Shown piece by piece: positions 9,102 to 17,934 of a DNA stretch of 64,000 nt. The notes below the pieces were generated by a model, which saw nothing but the letters and a program-made list of their open reading frames with translations, did no database searches and was not told the DNA's origin. Numbering within the stretch: position 1 is the first letter of the stretch; each line of letters starts with the position of its first letter. The position numbers and the translations under genes were made by a program. The DNA is from Longimicrobiales bacterium (lineage in GTDB: Bacteria; Gemmatimonadota; Gemmatimonadetes; Longimicrobiales; Gaopeijiaceae): NCBI GenBank assembly GCA_965226375.1, contig CBDDCX010000008.1, positions 608,001-672,000 on the forward strand, read 5' to 3'.

Positions 9102-10987
9102 TGCAGTTGTGGCGCTCCCCCTTCCGTTACGTCCGAACAGCCGCCTTCCTCGCGGCGGCCGTCGCCGTACTTCTCTCCGCGAACAGCGTGCTCAACGACT
9201 TCGCTTACGATGATCGCCTCATCATTATCGACAGCGATCTGGTGCAGGACCTGAGCACACTACCACAGGCCATGACCTCACCCTACTGGCCGGGTGAATT
9301 TGGGCAAGCGCTGGGACTGTGGCGGCCCGTAACCACCGGGTTCTTCGGTCTCCAGTGGCCACTCTGGGGCGAGAACCCGGCCGCATTCCATGCGTTGAAC
9401 GTGCTACTCCACGGGGCCGTGACCGCCTTGGTGGTCCTCCTTATTGCCGAACTCGCTCCGCTGGCTCTCGCGTTCGTGGCAGGCCTGCTGTTCGCGGTCC
9501 ATGCGGTACACGTCGAGGCGGTGGCCAATGTGGTCGGATTGGCCGAGGTACTCTCGTCCGTGTTCTACCTGGGCGCGTGCCTCATCTTCATGCGACACCG
9601 GAAGGATCTCGGATTCTTGCCCGGGGCCGCCATCGTGACCCTCTTCGCGTTGGCGTTCTTGAGCAAAGAGAGTGCGGTCACCTTGCCCGGGGTGTTGTTT
9701 CTGTTGGACGGAGCCTGGAAGAATTCGAGCGTCCGGGGCTCGCTTACCTATCTGCGCCGCCGTTGGGCGATCTACGGCAGCATGGTGGTCGTCGCCGGTG
9801 CGGTTCTCCTGGGCCGACAGGCCGTCCTGGGCAGTATTGCCGATCCTCTGGCCCCTCTCGGCGCCGACCTCCTGGCCGGGTCGGTCCCCCGGATCTGGAC
9901 CGTAGCTTCGACCTGGCCCCACTACTTTCGACTCTTGTTCTTTCCGTTGGACCTGAGTGTCGACTATTCCCCTGCCGTCATCCCGATAGCCTTGGGGTGG
10001 GGCGCCAGCGGTCTGCTCGGGGTGGTGATGGTGCTTGGGACGCTGGGCTTGGCGCTCCGACTCTGGGGGCGCACCGAAATGGCGCCGGATGTACACGTGG
10101 GTCGGACCTTCTCGTTCGGCGTCATGTGGGTCGTCATCACGCTGTCCCCGGTCTCCAACGTCTTGTTCCTCTCCGGAGTGTTGCTGGCGGAGCGCACGTT
10201 CTATCTCCCGTCAGTCGGGTTCGTGGCGGCCCTGGCCTGGATGGGACTCGAGCTCTACAAGGAGCGCCGCCACGTGGCGATCGGTGCGTTGGTGGTGGTG
10301 CTGTCCTTGATGTCGATCCGGACGTTTAAGCGTAACGCCACCTGGAGGGACAACGTCAGCGTGTTCGACACGCTCCTCCGGGAGCACCCTGAAGCCGGGC
10401 GAGCCCAGTGGGTATTGGGGGACGTTCAGTATCCGATCGACCCCAGCGCTTCGTTACAGGCATATCGAGTTGCCATCAGTCTACTCGCCGGGAGCTATCC
10501 GCTACTGATGGAAGTGGGACGGCGGCTCCAGGTCAACGGAAAGACCGAGGCCGCAAAGGCCCTTTTCGAGCGGGCTTGGTCGGACCTTCCCAGCATGGGT
10601 CCGGCACCGCAGGCCTTGGCTGTCATCTACTATGGAGAAGGGGACTTCACGGCGGCGATCGCCGCTGCCAGTGCCGCATCGACCGCTTACGGAGGTAGTG
10701 AACCCGTGTCGAACCATCTGTGGGCTCACTCCCTGGCCGCCGAGGGTCGATGGGAGGAGTCTGTAACGGCGCGCCTCCTGACCATCGAATCGGGCGAAGG
10801 TCATCAGTGGCAACAATGGCTATGGTTGGGGCAGGCCTACGCCAACTCAGGCGACACCATCCAGGGCCTTGCGGCCCTGGACAGCGCTCGCATCCGCACC
10901 GTGCGCCCCGAGAGCATCCGCCAAATTGACAGTATTCGGGGGACGTTCGGAGGCCGTGAAAATGCGACTGGTTCGCAGAATCCCTGA
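9101..10987 (+). CDS. TMTC-like GT-C protein O-glycosyltransferase, copy 2
   Basis: TGATG coupling to copy 1. NDFAYDD, WRPVT, FAVHAVHVEAVANVVGLAE, SKE and AERTFYLPS motifs. TPR-like tail. Confidence 0.8.
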   Translation: MQLWRSPFRYVRTAAFLAAAVAVLLSANSVLNDFAYDDRLIIIDSDLVQDLSTLPQAMTSPYWPGEFGQALGLWRPVTTGFFGLQWPLWGENPAAFHALNVLLHGAVTALVVLLIAELAPLALAFVAGLLFAVHAVHVEAVANVVGLAEVLSSVFYLGACLIFMRHRKDLGFLPGAAIVTLFALAFLSKESAVTLPGVLFLLDGAWKNSSVRGSLTYLRRRWAIYGSMVVVAGAVLLGRQAVLGSIADPLAPLGADLLAGSVPRIWTVASTWPHYFRLLFFPLDLSVDYSPAVIPIALGWGASGLLGVVMVLGTLGLALRLWGRTEMAPDVHVGRTFSFGVMWVVITLSPVSNVLFLSGVLLAERTFYLPSVGFVAALAWMGLELYKERRHVAIGALVVVLSLMSIRTFKRNATWRDNVSVFDTLLREHPEAGRAQWVLGDVQYPIDPSASLQAYRVAISLLAGSYPLLMEVGRRLQVNGKTEAAKALFERAWSDLPSMGPAPQALAVIYYGEGDFTAAIAAASAASTAYGGSEPVSNHLWAHSLAAEGRWEESVTARLLTIESGEGHQWQQWLWLGQAYANSGDTIQGLAALDSARIRTVRPESIRQIDSIRGTFGGRENATGSQNP

Positions 10988-11033
10988 CTCAGAGGCCCGC
11001 CTCTGGGCTTATGGCCAAGAGGCACACGCCCTC

Positions 11034-11046
11034 TAATATGTTGACT
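11034..11046 (-). promoter_or_regulatory. Putative IHF site upstream of the pilin sigma54 promoter
   Basis: AGTCAACATATTA versus consensus WATCAANNNNTTR (1 mismatch), in an AT-rich patch about 30 bp upstream of the -24 box. Confidence 0.4.
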
Positions 11047-11076
11047 AGCATGTACTTACGAGCCTAGGACTGATTC

Positions 11077-11092
11077 TGGACCCGGGTTTGCA
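11077..11092 (+). promoter_or_regulatory. Sigma54 (-24/-12) promoter of the major pilin
   Basis: TGGACCCGGGTTTGCA gives GG-N10-GC with TTGCA, about 60 bp before the pilin ATG. A PilR-like activator is in the locus. Confidence 0.7.
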
Positions 11093-11154
11093 CTTGGAGA
11101 CACCCTCTGAACGTCCATAGGTTGAAGTGCCACCCACTAGCAGGAGAGTTTGAG

Positions 11155-11547
11155 ATGCGGAACAACAAGGGTTTCACCCTCATTGAGCTGCTCATCGTGG
11201 TCGTGATCATCGGTATCTTGGCGGCTATCGCCATTCCGAAGTTCTCGGCGACGCGTGAGAAGGCTTATTTCGCGGCCATGAAGTCGGACCTCAAGAACCT
11301 GGCCAGTCAGCAGGAGATCTATTACTCCGACACGTATTCGTACTCGTCGACCGTGTTGTCGCTCGGGTTCGTCACGTCTGACGGTGTGACGGTCGTGATC
11401 GCCGCTTCGACCGACGGTTGGTCGGCCTCCGCAGTGCACGCTGCGCTCGGCGCTGCCGAGGGTTGCGCGATCTATTACGGGAGCGGTACGGCACCCACTA
11501 CGCCGGCGACTCCTACCTCGCCGGGTGAGATGGCCTGCACGCAATAA
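11155..11547 (+). CDS. pilA: Type IV pilin (probable major pilin)
   Basis: AGGAG RBS. Class III signal MRNNKG/FTLIELLIVVVIIGILAAIAIP. C-terminal Cys pair. Confidence 0.9.
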   Translation: MRNNKGFTLIELLIVVVIIGILAAIAIPKFSATREKAYFAAMKSDLKNLASQQEIYYSDTYSYSSTVLSLGFVTSDGVTVVIAASTDGWSASAVHAALGAAEGCAIYYGSGTAPTTPATPTSPGEMACTQ

Positions 11548-11587
11548 CGCCGGCCAGCCAAGCTAGGACGTAACGTTTACGTCTAGA

Positions 11588-11624
11588 GAGAGCGTGGTCC
11601 GGGCGCATCCCGGGCCACGCTCTC
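11588..11624 (+). terminator. Strong hairpin between the two pilin genes (terminator or attenuator candidate)
   Basis: GAGAGCGTGGTCCGGG-cgcat-CCCGGGCCACGCTCTC forms a 16-bp stem with one G-U pair. No U-tract follows. Confidence 0.55.
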
Positions 11625-11668
11625 CGTCGGTCGGGCCCCTTGATCGGACAGACGAAAGGAGATTGAGT

Positions 11669-12142
11669 ATGCGGAAGAGAGGCTTTACGCTGATCGAGCT
11701 CCTCATCGTGGTGGTGATCATCGGCATCCTGGCCGCCATCGCCATTCCCAAGTACTCCGGCGTCCGTGACAAGGCCTTCGTGTCCAGCATGAAGTCCGAT
11801 CTGAAGAACATGGCGACCCAGCAGGAAGTCTACTACAACGCCAACTACACCTTCAGCAGCTCCTTCTCGGATCTCGAAGTGGTGACCAGCAAGGGCGTGA
11901 CCATCACGATCAATGAGGCCACGGCCGGGGGTTGGGCCGCCACGGCCGTCCACGGTGGTCTGGTGGGTGCCCAATGCGGTTTCTATCACGGGGACGCCAC
12001 GGCGGTGAACGCTGCCAATGGCGGCCCCACGGAGGATGCGTGCATTGTGGTGAAGCTGGTTGGCATCACGGACGCCGGCGGCGTGGTGGTGGTCGATGTT
12101 CGCAAGAGCGATCTACTGAGGGACCATCCCTCCAGGAACTAG
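11669..12142 (+). CDS. Type IV pilin paralog
   Basis: AAGGAG RBS. MRKRG/FTLIELLIVVVIIGILAAIAIP. Shares MKSDLKN..QQE.YY with pilin 1. Confidence 0.88.
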   Translation: MRKRGFTLIELLIVVVIIGILAAIAIPKYSGVRDKAFVSSMKSDLKNMATQQEVYYNANYTFSSSFSDLEVVTSKGVTITINEATAGGWAATAVHGGLVGAQCGFYHGDATAVNAANGGPTEDACIVVKLVGITDAGGVVVVDVRKSDLLRDHPSRN

Positions 12143-12174
12143 AGGGACGCTGTTCGCAGGAGCGGGAACACCGC

Positions 12175-12249
12175 TGGTTGGAACCCCGACGGTTGAAGCC
12201 CCGGTGGGTGAAGCCCCGGTGGTTGAAGCCCCGACGGGTAGACGCCCGC
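12175..12249 (+). repeat. 15-bp intergenic tandem repeat, 5 copies
   Basis: Consensus YGGKTGAAGCCCCGR, with units at 12175, 12190, 12205, 12220 and 12235 (first and last more degenerate). Confidence 0.85.
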
Positions 12250-12322
12250 CGGGGTTTCCCTTTATCGTTGCACGCCATTCCGGGCCTAGGTCCGGATTTC
12301 GCCACTTTGTAGGAGTCGACAA

Positions 12323-13531
12323 ATGAGGCGCGTGTCATTTCGCACTGCGGGAGAGTCCCACGGACGTGGACTTACCGCCCTTCTGGAGGGAATCCCTGCC
12401 GGGCTCTCCCTGCAGATGGAGCGAGATGTGGACCCCGAGCTCAAGCGACGCCAGGGCGGGTATGGACGCGGTCGTCGCATGAAGATCGAGTCGGATCGGG
12501 CAGAGCTTCTCTCGGGAGTCCGCCTGGGTGAAACTCTGGGGTCTCCCATCTCGATGGTCATCTGGAACAAGGATTGGGAGAATTGGGAAGAGGCCATGTC
12601 GGCCCTTCCACCGGATCCCGAGGGAAATCCAAAGGCGTTGCGATCCCTTTATCTGCCCCGGCCCGGTCACGCGGACCTGGTGGGACTCCTGAAGTACGAT
12701 CGGCGCGACACCCGGGACATCCTCGAGCGAGCCAGCGCACGTGAGACCGCCGCGCGTGTGGCGTGCGGTGCGGTGTGTAAGACGCTCTTGGCGCAGTTCG
12801 GCGTCAGCATCGGGAGTCACGTCACTTCCATCGGCCCCATCGAGGGGGGGGTGCCGTGTGAGTTGCCCGAAGATCTGAACGCCGCCGTGGACCCCTCACC
12901 TCTGCGTACGCTGGACGATCAGGCCTCCGAGAGGATGATCGAGGCGATCGATCAGGCGAAGGAGGATGGCGATACGCTGGGGGGCATCTTCGAGGTCGTC
13001 GCTCGAGGTCTTCCCGCCGGCCTGGGAAGCTACGTGAGCTACGACGCCAAGCTCGACGGACGGCTGGCCGGTGGGGTCATGTCCATCCAGGCCATCAAGG
13101 GCGTGGAGATCGGGGTGGGCTTCGACGGAGCACGGCGCCCCGGCTCACAGGTCCACGACCCGATCGTGGCTGACTCCGACGCCGACCGCGCCGGGGGCAT
13201 CGGTCGTGCCTCGAATCGGGCCGGTGGCCTGGAGGGCGGGATTACGACAGGAGAGCCTCTGGTCGTACGGGCCGCCATGAAGCCCATTTCCACGCTACGA
13301 AAGCGACTCCCGAGCGTCGATATGCGCGATGGGTCTCCATCGGACGCGGCGGTGGAACGGAGCGACGTTTGTGCGGTTCCGGCGGCGGCGGTGGTGGGCG
13401 AGGCCATGGTGGCTCTCGTTCTGGCCGATGCCTTCCTGGAGAAGTTCGGGGGTGACGCCATCAGCGAAACCCGCCGAAACTTCGATTCGTACATTACATA
13501 CCTGAGCGAGCGTGGGTACGGTGGCAGGTGA
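12323..13531 (+). CDS. aroC: Chorismate synthase
   Basis: TAGESHG, PRPGHAD, ERASARETA, GGLEGG, MKPIST and ERSD motifs. Confidence 0.96.
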   Translation: MRRVSFRTAGESHGRGLTALLEGIPAGLSLQMERDVDPELKRRQGGYGRGRRMKIESDRAELLSGVRLGETLGSPISMVIWNKDWENWEEAMSALPPDPEGNPKALRSLYLPRPGHADLVGLLKYDRRDTRDILERASARETAARVACGAVCKTLLAQFGVSIGSHVTSIGPIEGGVPCELPEDLNAAVDPSPLRTLDDQASERMIEAIDQAKEDGDTLGGIFEVVARGLPAGLGSYVSYDAKLDGRLAGGVMSIQAIKGVEIGVGFDGARRPGSQVHDPIVADSDADRAGGIGRASNRAGGLEGGITTGEPLVVRAAMKPISTLRKRLPSVDMRDGSPSDAAVERSDVCAVPAAAVVGEAMVALVLADAFLEKFGGDAISETRRNFDSYITYLSERGYGGR

Positions 13532-14072
13532 GGGGCCTCGCCGGTTGGAGCCCCGACGGGTGCTGCTGGTGGGGTTCATGGCCAGCGGAAAGACCAGTGT
13601 AGGAAAGGAGTTGGCGACCCTGCTGGAATGGGGATTCCACGATTTCGACGCCGCCATCGAAGAGCGGGCCGGAGTCACGGTCGCCGAAATCTTCCGCCGG
13701 GACGGCGAGGAGCGCTTCCGTGAGATCGAGTCCGAGGTGGCCTCCGGCTTGCTAAAGGAAGAGGAGGCGGTTCTGGCCACCGGCGGAGGTTGGCCGGCCC
13801 AGCCGGGAAGCTGGGAGGCGGTGCCGGACCGCACACTCAGCGTCTGGCTCCGAGTATCGCCGGGGGTTGCGGTTCAGCGCGCATCAAGCGAGGGTCTGGT
13901 CCGTCCGCTCCTCCTGGGCGAACGCCCTCTGGAGCGTGCCGTCGAGTTGCTGGAGCAGCGTGAGGCGTCCTATGGTCGGGCACAGGTGGTCCTCGACTCC
14001 GATGAGGAGGACCCGGCCGCGCTGGCCACAATGATCATGAAGCACATTCGCAGTGATTCCGACCGAGGATAG
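13512..14072 (+). CDS. aroK: Shikimate kinase
   Basis: GFMASGKTSVG, GEERFR.IE, ATGGG and RPLL motifs. Confidence 0.92.
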   Translation: MGTVAGEGPRRLEPRRVLLVGFMASGKTSVGKELATLLEWGFHDFDAAIEERAGVTVAEIFRRDGEERFREIESEVASGLLKEEEAVLATGGGWPAQPGSWEAVPDRTLSVWLRVSPGVAVQRASSEGLVRPLLLGERPLERAVELLEQREASYGRAQVVLDSDEEDPAALATMIMKHIRSDSDRG

Positions 14073-16562
14073 ATGACGACAGCGAAAAAGGGAAAGAGCC
14101 TGGTCATCGTCGAGTCGCCCGCAAAGGCGAGGACGATCGGCCGTTACCTGGGCAGCGGTTACGAGGTTGCCGCCTCGGTCGGACATGTACGTGACTTGCC
14201 GAAGAAGGAACTGGGAGTAGACGTGGACCGCGGCTTCGAGCCGAAGTACGTCACGATCCGCGGCAAGGGCAAGATCATCAAGGAGCTCCAGAGCAAGGCC
14301 AAGAACGCCCCGAGCATCATCCTCGCCACGGACCCGGACCGAGAGGGTGAGGCCATCGCTTATCACGTGGCGCATCAACTCGGCTTCGAGGGGCAAGAGG
14401 ATCGGTTCCAACGGGTCACCTTCCGCGAGATCACCAAAGGAGCCGTGCAGAGGGCCCTGGAGAATCCCGAGCCCCTGGACATGGGAAAGGTGGAGGCGCA
14501 GCAGGCACGCCGGATCCTCGATCGCCTGGTGGGCTATCAGGTCAGTCCTTTTCTGTGGAAGCCTATCCGGCCGGGGCTCTCGGCGGGGCGCGTCCAGACC
14601 GTTGCGTTGAGAATGATCTGTGAGCGCGAGGACGAGATAAAGGCTTTTGTGACCGACGAATACTGGTCGATCACGGCTCGGCTGCAGAAGGACGACCAAG
14701 CCTTCGAAGCCAAGCTTCAGAAAATCGACGGAAGAGCCTTCACCCTCGGTGACGAGGCCTCGGCCAAGGCTTTGGTCGAAGAGGTCCGGACCCTCGACTT
14801 CCGAGTGGGCGACGTCAAGCGAAGGGAGCGGCGTAAGAACCCGGCCGCACCGTTCACTACGTCGACGCTGCAGCAGCAGGCGGCCAAGAGGCTCGGCTTC
14901 TCCGCGAAGCGTACCATGAGCAACGCCCAGAGGTTGTACGAGGGAATCGAGCTCGGGGGCCGTGGCGCCGTAGGACTCATCACCTACATGAGGACAGACT
15001 CTACTCGGGTGTCCGGTGAGGCCGTGAATCAGGCCCGCACCTGGGTCACCGAGGAATTCGGTGACGAGTACGTGCCCTCCTCGCCCAGACTGTGGGGTGG
15101 CAAGCAGGCCAAGGCGGCTCAGGACGCACACGAGGCCATCCGCCCCACCGACGTGTCGCTGCATCCCGACGACATGCGCGCCTTCCTGGACCACGATGCG
15201 GCTCGTCTCTACGAGGTGATTTGGCTGCGTTTTGTAGCGAGTCAGATGTCACCTGCCGTTCACGACACGACCACGGTGGACTTCCCGCTCTCGGGTGCCA
15301 GCGGGCGCGCATATCTGTTCCGGTCCACGGGGTCCATCGTGAAGTTCCAGGGCTTCACCCGGCTGTACCTCGAGGCCACCGAGGCCGGGGATCATCGACG
15401 CTTGGACGACCTGGAGCCGCTGCCGGATCTGAACGTGGGCGATCAAGCGTCGCTCGACGGCATCGATCCCAGGCAGCACTTCACCCAGCCCCCGCCGCGC
15501 TTCAGCGAGGCCTCGCTCGTGCGGGACATGGAAAAGCTGGGCATCGGACGTCCCTCCACCTACGCGCAGATCATCTCCACCATTCAGGATCGCGCGTACG
15601 TGGATCTGGAGGAGCAGCGATTCCATCCCACACCGCTCGGTGACACCGTGTCGAAGCTGCTGGTCCGGGTATTCCCGAACATCTTCGACGTGGAGTTCAC
15701 CAGTCGGATGGAAGACGAGCTGGACAGGGTCGAGGAAGGCAAGCTCCAGTGGCAAACCCTGCTCGAGGAGTTCTACCCGCCCTTCCAGGACCAGCTCGAG
15801 CACGGTGAGGCCCGCTCGGAGGAGATCATCAAGGAACTCCTCTCGGCCGAAGGCGAAACGTGCGATCTGTGCCAGCGTCCCATGCAGGCTCGCTGGAACC
15901 GGTTTGGACGCTTCCTCGGATGCTCGGGATATCCGGAGTGCAGGGGTACGCGTCCTCTGGACGGAGGTGCAGAAGAGGTCGTACTCGGGACCGACGAGGT
16001 GACGGGACTGGCCGTATACGCCAAGGTGGGACCCTACGGACCGTACGTGCAGCTGGGCGAGGGTGAAGACGGCAACAAGCCGAAGCGCTCGAGTCTTCCC
16101 AAGGACAAGAAGCTCGAGGACGTGGACATGGCTGAAGCTCTCCTGCTGCTGGCGCTGCCGCGGGCCCTTGGCATCGATGCCGAAACGGGCGAAGAGGTCG
16201 TGGCCGGTCTCGGTCGCTTCGGCCCATTCGTGCGCAGAGGAAAGACGTTCGCCAGCCTGGCCACGCACGACGAGATGTTCACGGTGAGCATCGAAGAGGC
16301 GGTGAGGCTTCTGAACGAGAAAAAGGCCGGCCGGACAGTGCTCCGAGAGATGGGCGCGCACCCTGCATCGGGTGAAAATCTGCAGATCCTCTCCGGGCGC
16401 TACGGTCCTTATGTGACCGACGGCAAGCTCAATGGGAGCTTGCGTAAGGGCACTGAGCCCGAGGATCTGACCATGGACGACGCCGTCGAGCTTCTCGTCC
16501 AGGCGGCCATTCGGAAGAAAGCCGGCGGCGGCCGTGGACGCGGGCGTAAGAAGAAGAAGTAG
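14073..16562 (+). CDS. topA: DNA topoisomerase I
   Basis: IVESPAKA, ATDPDREGE, SAGRVQ, ITYMRTDS and GIGRPSTY motifs, plus a Zn ribbon and C-terminal repeats. Confidence 0.97.
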   Translation: MTTAKKGKSLVIVESPAKARTIGRYLGSGYEVAASVGHVRDLPKKELGVDVDRGFEPKYVTIRGKGKIIKELQSKAKNAPSIILATDPDREGEAIAYHVAHQLGFEGQEDRFQRVTFREITKGAVQRALENPEPLDMGKVEAQQARRILDRLVGYQVSPFLWKPIRPGLSAGRVQTVALRMICEREDEIKAFVTDEYWSITARLQKDDQAFEAKLQKIDGRAFTLGDEASAKALVEEVRTLDFRVGDVKRRERRKNPAAPFTTSTLQQQAAKRLGFSAKRTMSNAQRLYEGIELGGRGAVGLITYMRTDSTRVSGEAVNQARTWVTEEFGDEYVPSSPRLWGGKQAKAAQDAHEAIRPTDVSLHPDDMRAFLDHDAARLYEVIWLRFVASQMSPAVHDTTTVDFPLSGASGRAYLFRSTGSIVKFQGFTRLYLEATEAGDHRRLDDLEPLPDLNVGDQASLDGIDPRQHFTQPPPRFSEASLVRDMEKLGIGRPSTYAQIISTIQDRAYVDLEEQRFHPTPLGDTVSKLLVRVFPNIFDVEFTSRMEDELDRVEEGKLQWQTLLEEFYPPFQDQLEHGEARSEEIIKELLSAEGETCDLCQRPMQARWNRFGRFLGCSGYPECRGTRPLDGGAEEVVLGTDEVTGLAVYAKVGPYGPYVQLGEGEDGNKPKRSSLPKDKKLEDVDMAEALLLLALPRALGIDAETGEEVVAGLGRFGPFVRRGKTFASLATHDEMFTVSIEEAVRLLNEKKAGRTVLREMGAHPASGENLQILSGRYGPYVTDGKLNGSLRKGTEPEDLTMDDAVELLVQAAIRKKAGGGRGRGRKKKK

Positions 16563-17920
16563 TGAAAGACCGCGCTAAAGACCGTGTTGTCGTGGTAGGA
16601 GGTGGTCTCGCAGGCTGTGAGGCCGCGCTGCAACTCGCCAGCAGGGGGCACTCGGTAACCCTGCGCGAGATGAGGCCGGTACGGAAGACCGAAGCGCACC
16701 AGAGCGACAACCTCGGCGAGCTCGTCTGCACGAACTCCTTCAAGAGCGAGAACCCGGCGAATGCACACGGGCAGCTCAAGCGGGAGATGCGTGCCCTCGG
16801 CTCCGTGCTGCTCGAGTCCGCCGACTCGACCAGCGTGCCTGCGGGCTCTGCCCTGGCGGTGGATCGCGTGCTCTTCTCGGAGGCCATGACCCGGGCCGTC
16901 ACTTCGCATCCCGCCATTGAGGTCGTGAGGGAGGAGTCCACGACACTGCCGGAAGGGGCCGCCATAATCGCCACCGGCCCCCTGACCTCCGACGCTCTGA
17001 GCGACTCCATTCGCGCAGCACTCGGGGATGAAGGGCTCGCCTTCTACGACGCCATCGCACCGATCGTACATCGCGATTCCCTGGACGACAGCATCGTCTT
17101 CGAGGCGGGCCGATACGACGAGGACAGCGACTACATCAACTGTCCCATGTCTGAGGAGGAGTACCTGGAGTTCATCCAGGCGCTCACCGAGGGGGACGTA
17201 CACGAGGGCCACGACTGGGACGCCGTGCCCTACTTCGAAGGATGTCTTCCCATCGAGGTCTCCGCGTCCCGAGGGGTGGACACGCTCCGCTTCGGGCCCA
17301 TGAAGCCGATCGGACTCACCGATCCGCGGACCGGCGAGCGGCCCTGGGCCGTGGTTCAGTTGCGGCGAGAGGATCGGGCCGGCCAGATGTGGAATCTGGT
17401 GGGCTTCCAGACCCGGCTCCGGGTTGGGGCGCAGCGTGACGTCTTCCAGCGTATCCCCGGGCTCGCCGACTGCGAGTTCCTGCGCTGGGGGTCCATCCAC
17501 CGGAACTCCTACCTAAACTTTCCCGGTTGCCTTACCCCGCATGGCTCCCTCCAGGACCGGCCCGACCTGATCTTCGCCGGGCAGCTCACGGGAGTCGAAG
17601 GCTACACCGAATCAGCCGCCAGCGGCATTCTGGCGGGCATCAACCTTGGCAGGCTGCTCTCGGGTGAAGAACCGGTCGTGCCACCGCCCACGACCATGCT
17701 GGGGGGCCTGTATCGATACCTGAGGGACAGCAAGCCTTCCCGCTTCCAGCCGATGAATTCCAACTGGGGCCTCGTGGATCCGCTGGCCAAGCGTGTGAAG
17801 GACAAGAAGCAGAAGCGCCAGATGCTCGCAGAGCGTGCCGCGTCGGAGTTTGCCGGGTGGATGGAGAGCAACGGCATCGTGGGGCGATCCGCCGACGTGG
17901 CCGAAGCCTCGGCGGGGTAA
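16562..17920 (+). CDS. trmFO: Folate-dependent tRNA m5U54 methyltransferase TrmFO
   Basis: GGGLAGCEAA, ELVCTNSF, FGPMKPIGL, NLVGFQT and GVEGYTES motifs. Confidence 0.95.
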   Translation: MKDRAKDRVVVVGGGLAGCEAALQLASRGHSVTLREMRPVRKTEAHQSDNLGELVCTNSFKSENPANAHGQLKREMRALGSVLLESADSTSVPAGSALAVDRVLFSEAMTRAVTSHPAIEVVREESTTLPEGAAIIATGPLTSDALSDSIRAALGDEGLAFYDAIAPIVHRDSLDDSIVFEAGRYDEDSDYINCPMSEEEYLEFIQALTEGDVHEGHDWDAVPYFEGCLPIEVSASRGVDTLRFGPMKPIGLTDPRTGERPWAVVQLRREDRAGQMWNLVGFQTRLRVGAQRDVFQRIPGLADCEFLRWGSIHRNSYLNFPGCLTPHGSLQDRPDLIFAGQLTGVEGYTESAASGILAGINLGRLLSGEEPVVPPPTTMLGGLYRYLRDSKPSRFQPMNSNWGLVDPLAKRVKDKKQKRQMLAERAASEFAGWMESNGIVGRSADVAEASAG

Positions 17921-17934
17921 CCCGCCAATATCAC

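Noticed and set aside
12175..12249. Possible CRISPR array
   Set aside because: The 15-bp units are directly adjacent with no spacers, and no cas genes are present.
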